DNA from: Monocercomonoides exilis PA203
Lineage: Eukaryota; Protista; Preaxostyla
Assembly (NCBI GenBank): GCA_001643675.2
Contig: LSRY02000016.1
Coordinates: 1,364,001 to 1,428,000 of the forward strand
Direction: 5' to 3'
Length of the DNA: 64,000 bases
Made by a program: the position numbers and the translations under genes. The first letter of the stretch is position 1. Each line of letters starts with the position of its first letter. A model generated the notes under the pieces. It saw only the letters and a list, made by a program, of their open reading frames with translations, did no database searches and was not told where the DNA came from. Shown in pieces: positions 22,701 through 35,992 of the stretch.

Positions 22701-25700
22701 CATCACTGACTTTGTCTCAATGTTCGCTTTCCCTTCAAAATCCTTTGCCAGAACTGGCATTTGTATTCTTGTCTGTTGACTCGGGGATGCTAACAATTAA
22801 TTCATTCTCGGCTTCGTCAATCACTTTGAAAGAACATCCATTGATCTCGTTGTCAGGAAGCAGCACAGAAGCAGAATTAATAATCACTCCGTGGTTGAAC
22901 ATGACGAATTGCCATTTTACAGAAATAGAAAGAGCAACTGGAAATGGAGGCTGTGTGGACATCGATAATAGCAATGATGAAAATTCAAAAACACAAATTA
23001 ATATCGAAGAGAATGTTTTTGATGGATGCTCTGTGCTGGCTGATGGAAGCAGAGGAGGTGCTGTTTTTGCTCGGATAAAAGGGAACACTCAATTGAACAT
23101 CATTTCATGCACATTTACAGGATGCACAGCACCAGAAGAAGGAGGGAAGATTGGGCTTGGGGGAGGGATGGCTCTGACATTGGTTGATAATGATTCTTCA
23201 TTTACAATATCATCCCCTGTTTTTGATGCAAGCAAGCCAAATGTTGCGAAATACGGAAATGACCTGTTTGTCGAATCATCCAACTTGACAAGAGCATCAC
23301 CAACGCCTCTCTTCCATTTGTGCTCGAGCACATGGCAGATATTTCGTTGGATTCATTGAGCGGCTTTGATGGAAGTGATACAACAAATGCCATTCCTCTG
23401 ATCTATTTCTGGCGAACATTTGGATCAGAGATATTTATTAGCAGCGAAGGAAGAGATATGGGTGCCTGTGGATTCTCAAATTATCCTTGCCTGTCAATCG
23501 ATTATTCTTTGGATCGGCTGCTTGAAGGAAATGAAAGGAATATTAACATCATTGGAAAAGGAATTCTCAAAAATGTGTTGATCTTGGTGATATTTCAATA
23601 AGTTCGGATAACACAGATATGTGCTCTCTTGAGTGTCGCTCTTCTATTGAAGGATCAGAAGGAGCTGCGATGAATATTCTAGGCATCTCATATTTCGAAT
23701 TGATAAGATTCGTTCTGCCATCTTCATTCGCCACTAGTGTAAACAGTTTGATGCATGTCGGCTCCAGCGAAGGATCGTTGACTCTGAAAGACTGTTCATT
23801 CGCAAAAAATGAAGAAAGCGGAGAAGAAGACATGATTAACTTTGGCTTGATTAAGGCGGATGCAGGAAGTGTTGTTTTCGAATTTGTGACAATTCAGTCG
23901 CTTTCCTTTTCCTGCGACATCGTATCAATCGCATCTGCAGCATCCTTGGCATTCAGAAACTTGACAATGAAAAACATCCATCTGGAAGGCGGAAGCGGAT
24001 TGTGCGTTGCAAGGGCTTCAACTGGAGACGAGAATGCGAATGCTGAAGCCGATGAAAGTGTTGTGGTGGACTGGAGCACGCTTGAGGAAGTGACCCAGAG
24101 CGCAGCTGGCGACATCGCAATGATCCGAAGCACAGGCATCGACCCAACAAAAATGGTCATCCGCAACACAACAATCAAAAAAATGTGGTGGTTCTGGATG
24201 CAAAAATGGAGGGGCTGCCTTGTTCAGACTGAACGAAGGAGGGCGTTTTGACTGCTTGTTTTCTTCAATCACCGACTGCTTCTGCTCATCAACTGGAAGG
24301 GGCGGAGGCTTGTTTTTGGAATGCACGTCTGCGGCTGCCGAGCCAGCAGCATTTGTGCTGTCGAACATCACGTTCAAGGACAATGCTGCATATCGGGGAA
24401 GAGACGTGTATGTGAAGTGCCGCTCGATAGAAGCACAGATCGCAGATGGGCAGTTTTTGCTGGACTTCAGAGCCCCATTTGTGAAAGACCTCGCAATATG
24501 GGGATGCACCTCAGACATGTATCTGGACGAGGAAGATCTGCTGAAGAGAATTGTGAAGTACCAGAGCGAGACGGTGTTTGTGTCTTCGGCCGGGGACAAT
24601 CACGAGGACAGCAAGCAGTGCGGAGGGCTGGATGGGCCATGCAGCACGCTGAGCGAAGGGCTGCTGCACATCATTCCGTCATTGTTCTCCCAGCTGCTGA
24701 TCTCCAGCCGCACTGCCATCTTGAGCAGATGCAATGTGCTGAATGTCACCATCCGCTCGCTTGAATCGCCTTCGCCGGCGCAGGTGTTCCTCAACTCAAC
24801 AATCCCATATGGCAGCAGCATTATCACAACCTCGGAGAAAGTCCGGATCGAGAGCTTGTCGTTCTCTGTTGGCTCTTCCTTTTCGTTTTCAGGAGGAACA
24901 TTCATCAGCGAGACAAATGGGCAGCTTTGTCTTTCGTCAGTCCTTTTTGCATCTGAAGTGCCTTCAAACAGCATCCATCCCATTGCCTTCAACTCGGCTC
25001 TCCTGAGCGTTGAAAGCGGGCTTCTGCTCATCGATAATTGCAACACATCGGAAATTTCATTTGAGCAGCCAGTGTTCCGGCTGACTGGCAGCAGCAAGGT
25101 GTCCTTGGCAAAAGTGGGTGTGAAGCAGGTTGAGCTGTCGTCCAATCTGTTTGAAGTTGGAGAGTGTGAGAGTGTGGTGATTGATGATGCGGTGGTGGAT
25201 GGAGTGAAGTCTCGCAATGGCAGTGTCATTTCCGTTTGCGAAGATATGTCGGGAGTTGTTTCCTTTGGCAGTTCTTCCATCAGAAACTTCAGTCGTGGTT
25301 CGTTGGGTGCATGCTTCCTTTCGTCAACCTCGCCTTCTGCCCGGATAAACCTGTCAAACTGCTCGTGCTCGGATTGTGTGTCGTTGTCGAAAAAAGGGAG
25401 CATCGTGGATGTCAGCAGGGCGCTTGACATTTCGATGCACATGTGCGAGTTTGTGGGGAGGCAAGCAATTTCCAGCAGCGAAGAGAGTGTCTGCAAATGG
25501 AATGGATCGCTCATCCAGTTGTCGCGTGCAGCAGCACTGATGAAGGATGTGACAATATCGAATTCGTCATCAGGCGGATTGTCGTTGGCAGCAGGCAACA
25601 TGACAATCGAGAAAGGCGAGTTTTTTGACAACAGCCCCTCGATGCAGAAATACCCGTCACTCCGTCGGAACATCTTCTGCTGCGATTCGGCTTCATTGGC

Positions 25701-27522
25701 AATTGACAGCTTGAAAGGCGGGGATGGAGTGAAGGACAACACTTCGTTGTGGATCATGAGCGAAGGCTGCAGCTTGAAGGGTGCTGCACAGGAGCGACTC
25801 TCTCCGTTTTTCATTCCTCATCTGGAATCAGCAAGTCTGGCTGAATCTGGGAGCAACGCTGATATCAAATTCATAGGATCGCTTTTCCTGCCATGCGATC
25901 TATCTTTCAAGTTGATACGCACAATCAACGATGTGGAGTTGGTCGAGCGGTATCCATTTGACGAAAACAGCTTTGCTTCTGAAACCGAAGTTGTTGGAAC
26001 AATTCCGTCAGCAAAGTTAACATCAGACTCCGATGGGTTAGAACTCTCCACAGCAATTGTGTTTGGGAGATCTTCAGCTTCGACAAAGTCATTCATTCTG
26101 AAGAACAGGAGTGAGTCTGAACAAAAAGGGGGCGAAAGATTAGTCGAAGGTGGAAACGAAGGAAAATCTTATTTATTATTGATTGTTATTATTATGGCTG
26201 TTGTTCTATTGATTGTCCTTGCTGTATCTATTGTATTCATTGTTCGATGGAAGAAGGTGAAGAATGAAGCAGAAGATCTGAGAGAGATTGTGAACGATAA
26301 CATCAGAAAAGATCCGAAGGCATTTGAGATGGTGACGATGGAGATGTCGCCTGAGGAGCAGTGGAGGAGAGCAGAGAATGAGGCAGAGAAGAAGAATGAT
26401 GAGAGGATAAAGAAGAGAGTGTATGAGAAAAGCTTGGGTCATTCAGAGTCATCAGAGCATTTGTTGAGTGAGAGTGGATCGACTGAATACATTCTTGGAA
26501 AAGACTCAGACAAGATTCCTGAATGGGCATTGGAGAAAGATGAAGAAGAAGAAATTCGAAAGCGAACACCATCACCATCAATTTCATCCACTTCCACCAC
26601 TTCGACAACAGATTCTGATTCGACATTTGTTCGAGGAGAGGATCTATGTCCCACTACCTCATCGATGTCGAATCTGGTGGATGCGATGGCCTGTTCATCC
26701 CCTCATGAGAAGTTGATTGTGGATCTGAGGGATTCTTTGTTCATGCTGCTTCATGGAAGGAATGAGAAGAAGGAGATGGCGATTGGGAGTTTGAAGGAGA
26801 GGGAGCAGACAGCTGCTCAGATCCTGTTCTGGGTAGCCAATCTCGCCCTCCACTCCTTTGACGAAATGGAAAATGAGCTTTCCTCTTTGGCCAATCTCAG
26901 TCCCCACATCGTGCTGTTCTCGGAGCACATGGTCATCTGCATTGCTATCCACTCCGACTGCTCGTCAGACTCTGACACTTCCTCCATCTCTTCAGCCTCC
27001 ACCATGGTCACATCTTCCTCTGATGTTTCTGTGAAGAGCGAGAGATTCACAAAATCACTACCTCCTTCATCCGCCTTTGAGGATGAGGATGACAACAGAA
27101 AAGAGTGCATGAGGTGGAAGGCGCCAGAGCTGCTGATGAACAAGAAGATGGGAGCAACAAAGGAGTCGGTTGCCTTCTCGATTGGGATGATGCTGTGGGA
27201 GTGTCTGACACTGAATATCCCGTTTGGGGAGTATGAGGCAGAGGTTGCTGGACAGAAGATTGTGAATGGAGAACGGCCTTTCATGGGAATTGCCGAAAAG
27301 AACCCATTTTCTGGCTGCATTCTGTCGTGCCTGGACAGCAATGCCCCAGCAAGGCCAACACTTATCAGCCTCAAGCGCGAGTTCATTCAGCACTTTCCTG
27401 CAGGCGCAGCTGTGCTCACGATGTCTGATGCAATTGGCTACGCTTATTCGAGCAGCAACGGCAGTCGGCATAAGGCTTCTGGGGCAGAGTCTAAAGGGAG
27501 CGGCTCTGGAAGTGTTTTATAA
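19743..27522 (+). CDS. Large type I membrane receptor, copy B (different N-terminus; four apparent 1-nt frameshifts, so either a pseudogene or sequencing errors)
   Basis: ATG at 19743 with signal peptide MRYSLLLFLFFIF; a 45-nt GT-AG intron at 19874-19918 joins in frame to ORF 19953. Frameshifts near 21100, 23290, 23570 and 24180. From RSEWLLNEGGR onward it is near-identical to copy A. Confidence 0.8.
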
Positions 27523-27951
27523 AAATTGCATTTCAGCAAAAGGATTGCAAAGTGCAAATGGAATCTGGGGCATTTATCAGGAACGGCAATGGAATTTGCA
27601 TTTGTAGTCTGTTCTTATACGCCATCAATAGGGGGGTGAATGGTTGTGTTGCTGCTTTTGTTGGGTGCAGCAAGAGGCGTTTTGCACCATTTTCAAAGCA
27701 AAAATGGAACTTTTCTTTTCTTTTTTTTCATGTTTATTTGTTCGTTTTCTGTTTATGATTCTTATGGCTTGAAAGCCCGCACCAACAAAAGCATGGAACA
27801 TTTCGTCACAGGGTTATAAATAGGATTTGTGATACTTTCTGAAAAAAAGGCATTAAAATGATAAATGATATTCAAAAGATACAAAAACAAGATCGATTTT
27901 CACTCATACAATTCAAGCTTTGCGCATATTATAGAAATGTGATGAATGACT
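21289..27951 (+). repeat. Right arm of the 6.65-kb inverted duplication
   Basis: Matches the reverse complement of 10188-16841, including ~430 bp of 3' flank. Confidence 0.95.
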
Positions 27952-28152
27952 ATTTGAAATTGTAATACTTCTATTTGTTATTATTGGCATTAATTTTTGT
28001 CTGATATGATGTTTTAGGAGATGTTAATTTCAAGCAGATGAAAAAGTTAGAAAAGAAAAAAATATATGGGTGAAGTTTTTCCTTTTTTTTTTTGAAATGT
28101 TTCATAATTCTTTTCATCATTTTTCAAATAACAATAAAAGATAAAAATAAAA

Positions 28153-31100
28153 TCAGTACAACATCACTGAAGGGAGAGATTTGTCGCGTCTTCTTTCGAT
28201 TATCAAAGAAATTGGCGAGGAAGAAGGAATATTCTTTGTTTGTAAAATGGTATTAAATCTTGGTGTAAGTACAACCGGCGTTGCATTTGCAGCTGGAACA
28301 AAAGATGAAATTTCATTTGAAGAAGAAACGGAAGAAGAAGATGACAATGATGATGATGACGAAGACAATGAAGAAGAAGAAGAAAAAGAAGAAGAAGATG
28401 ATGATGATGAAGCACCAGCAGAAGCAACAGAAGAGCTCGAAAGAGACGAAGGCGGAGACTGCAGCGGCTGGCGGAGCGGCGGGAGGGTGTTTCTCGACAG
28501 AGAAGACACCTGGTGCTGCAGAAGCGAGTGGCTGTTCAGCAGAAACGACGGATTGCGCTTCAGACGAGACGGAGCTGCTGAAGAAGTGGAAGAGAAGGAA
28601 GACGCAAGTGCAGAAGATGACAGCTGCGGGTGGGGCGTGTGGATGAATGTGGCGTGGATGGAAGTCGAAGTCGAATTCGAAGACGAATACGAAGACGAAG
28701 AAGCGCCTGTCGCAAAGCGCGTACCACACAGTGAATTTCCAGGCTGCGAAAGTGCGTGTGGTAGGCAGAGCGGGTCGAGGCTGTCGAATGCATCGTGAAA
28801 TGGCAGGAGGATGGAGATGTGCGATGTCTGGAGTGAGGTGAACCGGGCAAATGAGACCGGGAGCGGCTTGGGCTTGAGCGAAGTGAGGTTGATGGCTGGC
28901 TGAGAAGGGAAGAGGGGCACGCCGTATGTGCCCACAAGCGCCCCGTCGAGTGTGAAGAGGGCGGAGTGCTTGTAGAAGGAGAGCAGCAGAAAGGGAGGAG
29001 GCACCCACACATTCGGAGAGGAAGGGGCAGACTGGTCAGAGACAACGACAGAAGTCGGAAGGGAAGAGGAAGTGGAAGAGGAATTGGAATTGGAATAGGA
29101 ATAGGAATTAGCACCAGAATTGTGGCTGTTATTGGCAGCTGTGTTGATGCACGGGAGCAGCGACGGCACGAACGAGATGTCCAGCACCTCCTGGTCGCTG
29201 AAGCGGAACACATAGGCAAACGGGGAGGCAGCCTCAGAAGACATCGAGGAAAGAGCATCAGCCGTCAGAGAGGCAGAGTGGAGCAGAGGGATCTGGATGT
29301 TGTGGAGCGCCTCGTAGTCGTCGCAGAAGTTGAACAGCGCACACCAGTGGAACTTCGCATACTGCAGCCCGTCCAGCACAGGAAACTCCTTTCCCGCTTT
29401 CTTCTGCCGCGGCGAGTTTCCCTCTGAACCGCCGGCTTGGCTGAACATGCTCCCTGAAAGCGAGCTTTCTTCTTCACGCGAGTGGGAAGATCCGATTGAA
29501 GAGGAGCTGTTTGACGTCTGTGGCGGGTGCCTCGATGTGACAGTGCGGGAAAGCGGGTCGTAAAGCGACGAAACGCCACTCCGGGGTGTGCTGCCGGCGC
29601 CGGACATGCCGAAGAGGAGCGGGCGGGAGAAGTTGAGCTGGCTTTGTGCTTGAAGCAGCTGCTGGGAGACGGACAGGACTTCGTTTATGTCAAAGATAAG
29701 CACCTCACCATGGGTCGATGCGACAGCCAGAAGGAGCGGCAGATCGGCAGCTTGCTCGGAGGCAGCGGAAGGGAGGTTCAGAGAGGAGAAGGAGGAGGAA
29801 GAAGAGGAAGAGGAAAGAGAGGAGGAAGAGGAGGAGGAGGAGGATGACGAAGACAAAGAAGAGGATAATGGTGAATGAGCAGCAGCAGAAGAAGAAGAAA
29901 GATTAGCATTAGCATTCGCATTAGCAAACGACTTCCTCTGCTTCTTGTCCTGCTCCTGTGTCAGCAGCTGCAAGAGAAGTCTACTGCTGTGTGTGTCAAT
30001 GGCAAGACAAGCACCGCCTGTGATGTGAGTGTCCACATCGCACAAGAGGCAGATCCGCAGACAGTCCCAAAAACGCAAGTGGCCGTCGAGGCCGAACGTG
30101 AGCAGCGTGTTCGGGTGGTGCTCAATGAACTTGCAGAAGATGACAGCGTTGTTGCTGTCCATTGGAGGGGCTGCCACTGAGTTCTGTTGAGACTGTTGAG
30201 ACTGTTGAGACTGCTGGTGTGATTGAGACTGGGATTGGGATTGTGCTTGTGATAGTGTTTGTGATAACAATGGTGATTGAGTCTGCTGCTGACTCTGCTG
30301 TTGTGTCTGTGTTTGTGTTTGTGTTTGTGCCAATGTCTGTTTCAGCCCCGTTTGTGCCTCGTCCTCTGCCTTGTGTGTGATGCTGAGCGATGTCAGTGAC
30401 ATCACAGGCGTCAGCTCTCCTTTCGAAGCTCTGTCAGTCTGCGCAATTGCGCCCAGCACAGGCGAAGAGGCAGCCGACGTGGAAGCGCTGAGTGTCTGAG
30501 GCGAATCAAGTGGGGGTGAATCGAATGAATGGCCGAACTTTTGAGGTGTGGAAGAGCTGGAGTCGGTGAAGGAGGAGGAAAGAGACTTTGGCGTGGAAGG
30601 AGAGTTGGTGCGGGTGGGCACAGCAGACGTGGGAGCAGACAAAGGAAAAATATGAGGCACATTTTTCCACTCTTGCCCTTCCTCTTTTTTCTCTCCCAGG
30701 ACTGAGGAAAGCCCCAGGTTCGGCCCAGCCGCCATCCACGTTGTCTTCGAATGGGCAGACTCCACATTCCACAGCACGACCGAGCCATCTGCACTGCACG
30801 ACGCAAGATGCGAGGGAGGGGCAAAAGTAATGCTGAGGATGTCATTTGACTGTCTTCTTGAAGCAGAAGCAGCGGCTGCTGATGCTGCCAGGCGGAATGT
30901 GCGCATCTTCATCGGCGTGGCGAGCGAGGTGAACGAGGCGTCTGTGATCGATGCGATGTGCTCGTCAGCCGCAGCATCGCCGGCCATAGTGTGGTGCTTC
31001 GTCGACATCTTCTGCGCCATCGCTGTCACTGGCGGCGGCTCGTCGTCTTCAATCACGTGCGACGTGAATGAAGAAATCACCTTCCGCTCCTCTGCCATCC

Positions 31101-34100
31101 CTTGTGTCCGGCGCGTCATCCGCTCCACAATCGACATCGGAGGCAAAGCTGCTCGTGCTGACAAAAGAGAACCCATCTCCCATTCGTTCAACACCTCCCC
31201 GCCCATCACAAACAGAACACTGTGCTGGTTTCCAATGCGCTCTGCGGGGATGATGGCAGTAATTGTACAGTCGCTTTTGGCAAGAGATGAAGAGGAAGAG
31301 GAGGAGGAAACAGAGGAAATACTTGAATTGTGACTGTTCACTCCCAACGCAGTGGCGGCTGCAGCAGCCAGCTTGCCTGCCTCCATCTGCATATCAGTGG
31401 CCGACAGAAACGAGGCAAAGCCCTTTGTGGCGATGGTGATGTTGAAGCAGTTTAAGATTTTTCCTGTGTTGTAGTTCGTCACCAGGATCGTCCCGTCGCT
31501 GCTGCCGCTCACCAGCCGCCGTCCAGACCCACTGAGCGCAATGCGGGTGATGCTGTCGCGATGAGGGATGTCATACCGGAACAGATTCGCTCCGGTACGC
31601 TTGCTCCACACGTTTGCTGTGTTGTTGGCGTCGACAGTGATAATCTCGTCAAACGCCGACGAGTACAACGAAGCCACCAGCGGCACCCGATGCGCCACTG
31701 CGTTCTGATCATCAACGTTGTTCTTCTTCCACAAAAAAAGCCTTCTGCTGCCCATCAAAATGCCCCCCAGTTCTTTGCAGTCGGCCATCGAGTGGATGGG
31801 GCTGCACGTGAAGGGGTCGTATGCACTCACCACCTGCAGGCACCTCTGCGAGCGCAGATCCCACACGCGAATCGTCTGATCCAGCGAAAGCGACAAGAAG
31901 TGGTTTGACTTGTCCTCTGCGACGACAGACAAGATGGGAGCTGTGTGCCCTCTCAGCTCGCCCAGAAAGCGCATTGTGTTTGGGTTCCACAGCAGAATCA
32001 GGTTGTCGAAGCCTCCAGTGGCCAACATGTGCGCGCGCTGGCACCAAGCGAGGCAGATGACACCGCGGCGGTGGCCGGACGCACCGGAAAGGGAGTTGAC
32101 GGAGGGAAGGAGAGAGAAAGAGGAGGAAGAGGAAGAAGAAGAAAGAGATCGGCGGGAAGATTGGGGGGATGAAGAGATTGGATCAGAAGAAGAAGAAACA
32201 GAAGAAGAAGAAGGAAGCATAAGAGCAGATGCTACGCCTTCTCCTGCATTCGCCTCCTGGAGCTGCTGAGGTGTGCCTATTGTATATATCAGCTGCAGCG
32301 TCTCTAACACAAAGAATTTGATTGTGCAGTCGTGTGAAGCTGTTATAAGCAGCCCCATCTCGTCGATGAAGGCGACACACGAAATGCTGCTCTGATGTGC
32401 TTTGATCGACCAGCTGCCTTCGAAGATGCGCTCTTGCAGGTGTGGATGGCCGTTTTTTGCGTTCTGACGGGCGAAAGAAGGAGAAAACGACAGAGGCGGC
32501 TGCTGTGCTGCCATGGGCGAGGAAAGAGCAGATGGAGCACGTTTGACAGGGCTGGTGAGGGGAGGGGTGGTGTTTTGCTGTGTGTTTGAGAGGGCTTCGA
32601 GGTTGAGGTGCGGAATGGGAATGGCCATGGCGCCTCGGAAACGGGAGGAAAGAGGAGAAGGAGAGAGGGACGAGTAAAGCGGGGCTAAGTGTGCCTGGTT
32701 TGTGCTTTTGGAGAGATAGGCAGTGTTTTGGGTGCGGTTGTATTGTTCAGGGGAGGAGATGTAGCTTAAAGGAGATAAAGAAGAAGAGGAGGAGGAGGAG
32801 GAGGAAGAAGAAGAATAAGAAGATGACAGCATTGAATGAGGTCCCTGTGTTTTTGTCTGCTCCTTCTGCATCAGTCTTATTGAGCGGGATGAGACAGGCA
32901 TCAGAAGAGAAGACGAGGAGAGTGTTCGATCTGTGAAACACTGTCGAAAACTAAGTTCTCCTTCTTCCCTATCTTCATCATCATCATCATCTCCCCTTCC
33001 TCTTCTTTCTCCTCTTCCTCTTCCTCTTCCTCTTCTGTTGTATGCTCCTTCCAACACAGATTGGCTCATCCGCCTCTCTTCCCTTGGTATTTGTAAATAT
33101 CCATTGAAAGTATTCTGATTGAAAGAGCTGTTCATATTGACTTCTGAATTAGCATTGCTTGCTGTTGTGTCGTGAAAGCGTGGCATTGCGCACAAGTCGT
33201 CCTTTGATTGATGTGATTCATTCATTTTTGATGCGTTTTGTGAGGGAAGAGAAGAAGAAGATGGAGGAGGAGGAGGAAGTGACAGAGGAAGAAGAGAACG
33301 ATGAAGGCGAACAGAAGGAGGAGAAGGAGAAGACAAAGATGAAGATGAAGAAGACGAATAAGAAGATGATGATGATGTTGTTGTTGTTGTTAATTGCCCT
33401 GTTGCATAAGAAGGCGCATACACAGCCTGTGAATGCCCTCGTGCGCTGTTCACTTTTGGCTGCCTCAGAAATCCTTTCTTCAAATCTGCAAAGTTCTGCG
33501 GCAGCTGGTTCAGCATCTGCACACTCGACGGTGACACTTTCGTTTGTTTCCCATTCACCTTCCTTGTTACAGCGCCTGTCTGTATCAGCGCACCTGACTG
33601 AACTCCCTCAGAGCTTTCACTGCTTTCTCCAGCCCCGCCCAGTTTCCCTTCGTCGCTTCGGCATTCGGCTGGCTCTGGCGGCGTTAGCACAGCGCTTCTT
33701 CCAAGCGACACGTTTGGCAGCGCGGCGATTTCTGCATCGCTCCAAACTGGCTCGTTTGTCTTTACCACCCCCTTCTGAGTGAATTGCTCCCTGCTTCTGT
33801 GTTTGCCCTCTTCTTTGCTGATTAACAGGTCCGCCCGCGCTTTCGGGGGAGGCTCTCCACATAATGAGGCGTATGTGGCGAGTGTGCGGGTGATGGAGAG
33901 GTCGGTGACGCGGTGGACGAGCTCAAAGGAAAGCGCAAAGATCTCCAAAACACCAGAATACTGTCCGACACACAAGAGAGGGTGCAGCGAGCGGTAGGAC
34001 AAGTTCGAATTGAGCGAGCTGGCGAGTGAAGAAGGAGATGAATTGTACATCGGATGCACAATCTGCCGCCGGATGAGGGAGCTTTCGTCGGTTTTGGAGT

Positions 34101-35992
34101 CTTCTGAATTGCTGGTCATATTATTATTGTTGATATTACTGTTATTATTACTGTTATTATTATGTGAATGACTCAGCATCTTCGGCTGCACAGCCGGCGC
34201 CACAGCACACATCGACACTGCCATTGACTCAAAGTTCCTCAGCTGTCCCGTCGGGCGCATTGTGGAGAGGTCGTAGAAGGTGATGTGGCAGTCACTTGAG
34301 GCCACCGCTGCGAAGGAATGCGACTGGGCCGCTTTGGCGCTGCGGTCGGAGAGGGCGGCGGTGAGGTTGGTGTGTGTGCCTGTGGGCAGAGGGAGCTGGG
34401 GAAGTTCGCACATGCACGTGACGATGAGCGGCTGACGTTTCTCGAGCACAGTGATGGTGCGACTTTTCTCGTTGATGTTGATGGGTTTCACTTTGTGTTC
34501 TTTCTTTTTCAGGTAGGACTGGAGGGCGGTGAGGGCGTGGGAAGCGCGGGAGATGGGTTGTGGCTGAGAGGAGATGGAGGAGGAAGAGGAGGAGGAAGAA
34601 GAAGAAGAAGATAAATCTGAGGTTGTTGGGGAAGGAGTTAGATTGAGATCTGTGAGAGATGTTGAGAGGGGGAAAAAATTAACATAGAAAGAAATAAATA
34701 GAAATTAATTGATTGGATTGAAACGAAAAATAAAATAAAAAGAAAAATCAAAAATGTGATTGATAAATATATTTAACATGTGTAATCCAAATTGTGTCAA
34801 AGGGGAAAAAAATTTAGTCAAACCAATAAAAGGTTCTTTATTCTTCAAATGCGCCTGAGACGCAGAAGGAGAAGCAACAGGACTCACATTTGCTGGAGAG
34901 CCCTCGCTTTTCGTTGGCGTCTTCACAATTTCTGATTTAATAACACCTTTTGGTGATTTTGATGGAGATAGTTTCTGTTCGTTGGTTGTTTCGTTCATCC
35001 GCTCAGTTGGAAGGGAGCTGTCGTAATTATCTTCATCTGTGACGTCTGTGTGTTTTATTCTCTGCTTCAATGGATGCGGTTTGCTTTGTGTGAATTTTCC
35101 GCTTTTCTGCTCGGTTGTTGCTTTTGAAGAAGCAGAAGCTGGTTCTTGTTTGGATTTGACACGCTCAACAGCTTGAAGAACAGCAGAAACAGGAGTTGTG
35201 TTGCTTTGCTCGGCTCTGTTCTTTTTCGCTCTAAATTCATCCAACAAATCTTGTTCGCGTGTTTTGACTTCAAAAAGTGGGTCTGAACGAGTTATTGTTT
35301 GATATGTTTCAGTTGCTGATGAGTGATCAATTCGTCGAAGAGGAGCTTGAAACGTATCGTCCCAGACTGTTACTACACCATCGTCTGCTGTTGAAAGACA
35401 TCTTTTTATGCTGTGAAGATATGCTGTTTTCACAACGGATTTTTCATTTTCCAGAAAATGAGAAGGAATTGACATTGCCTCAGGATCAGAACGATACAAC
35501 GAATCCTTAACAAGTTAAAATGATTTGTTTGTAAAAAGCAAGCATGAAAAAGATATTATGCAACTTCATCAAACAGACCTGTGAAGAAAATGTTGACTTG
35601 GATAAATCAAGATGAGCAACATAATATGAAGAAAATTGATCCCAGGAAACTAAAAGAATTCCAATAAAAATATATTTTATAAAACAAGAAAAAAATACTC
35701 TTTCCTATCGATTCTGCATCAATCTTTTGAAAGATATAAGAACATTCATAAGAGTTAAACTGTTTTGTCTTAAACACATTGCACATTGCTTTAAAAAACT
35801 GGAAATAAATAAAAGTTTAATATTGATAAATTTTATAAAGAAAAACTTGAATAAATTGCAAACTTCTTTCTCTGTTATACCATCAGATGCATTTTCACTA
35901 ATTATTATTGAAAATTGCTCCTTAAGTTTTGCAAGAAGATCATAATTCATGTAACGATTTAAATCAATGTCTCCTCTCCATAAGTTATTCAT
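28153..35992 (-). CDS. EF-hand-like N-terminus plus WD40 repeats, WDR49/CFAP337-like, with long Ser/Gln/Asn-rich insertions
   Basis: N-terminal exons FQKIDAE...VSWDQFSSY; WD40 repeats (AHQSSISCVAF...TASHDCTIKFF; GHRRGV...TGGFDNLILLW; GHTAPI...SLDQTIRVWD); HRVPLVASLYSSAFDEIITVD and LVSGSSDGTI resemble WDR49-family blades. Confidence 0.75.
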
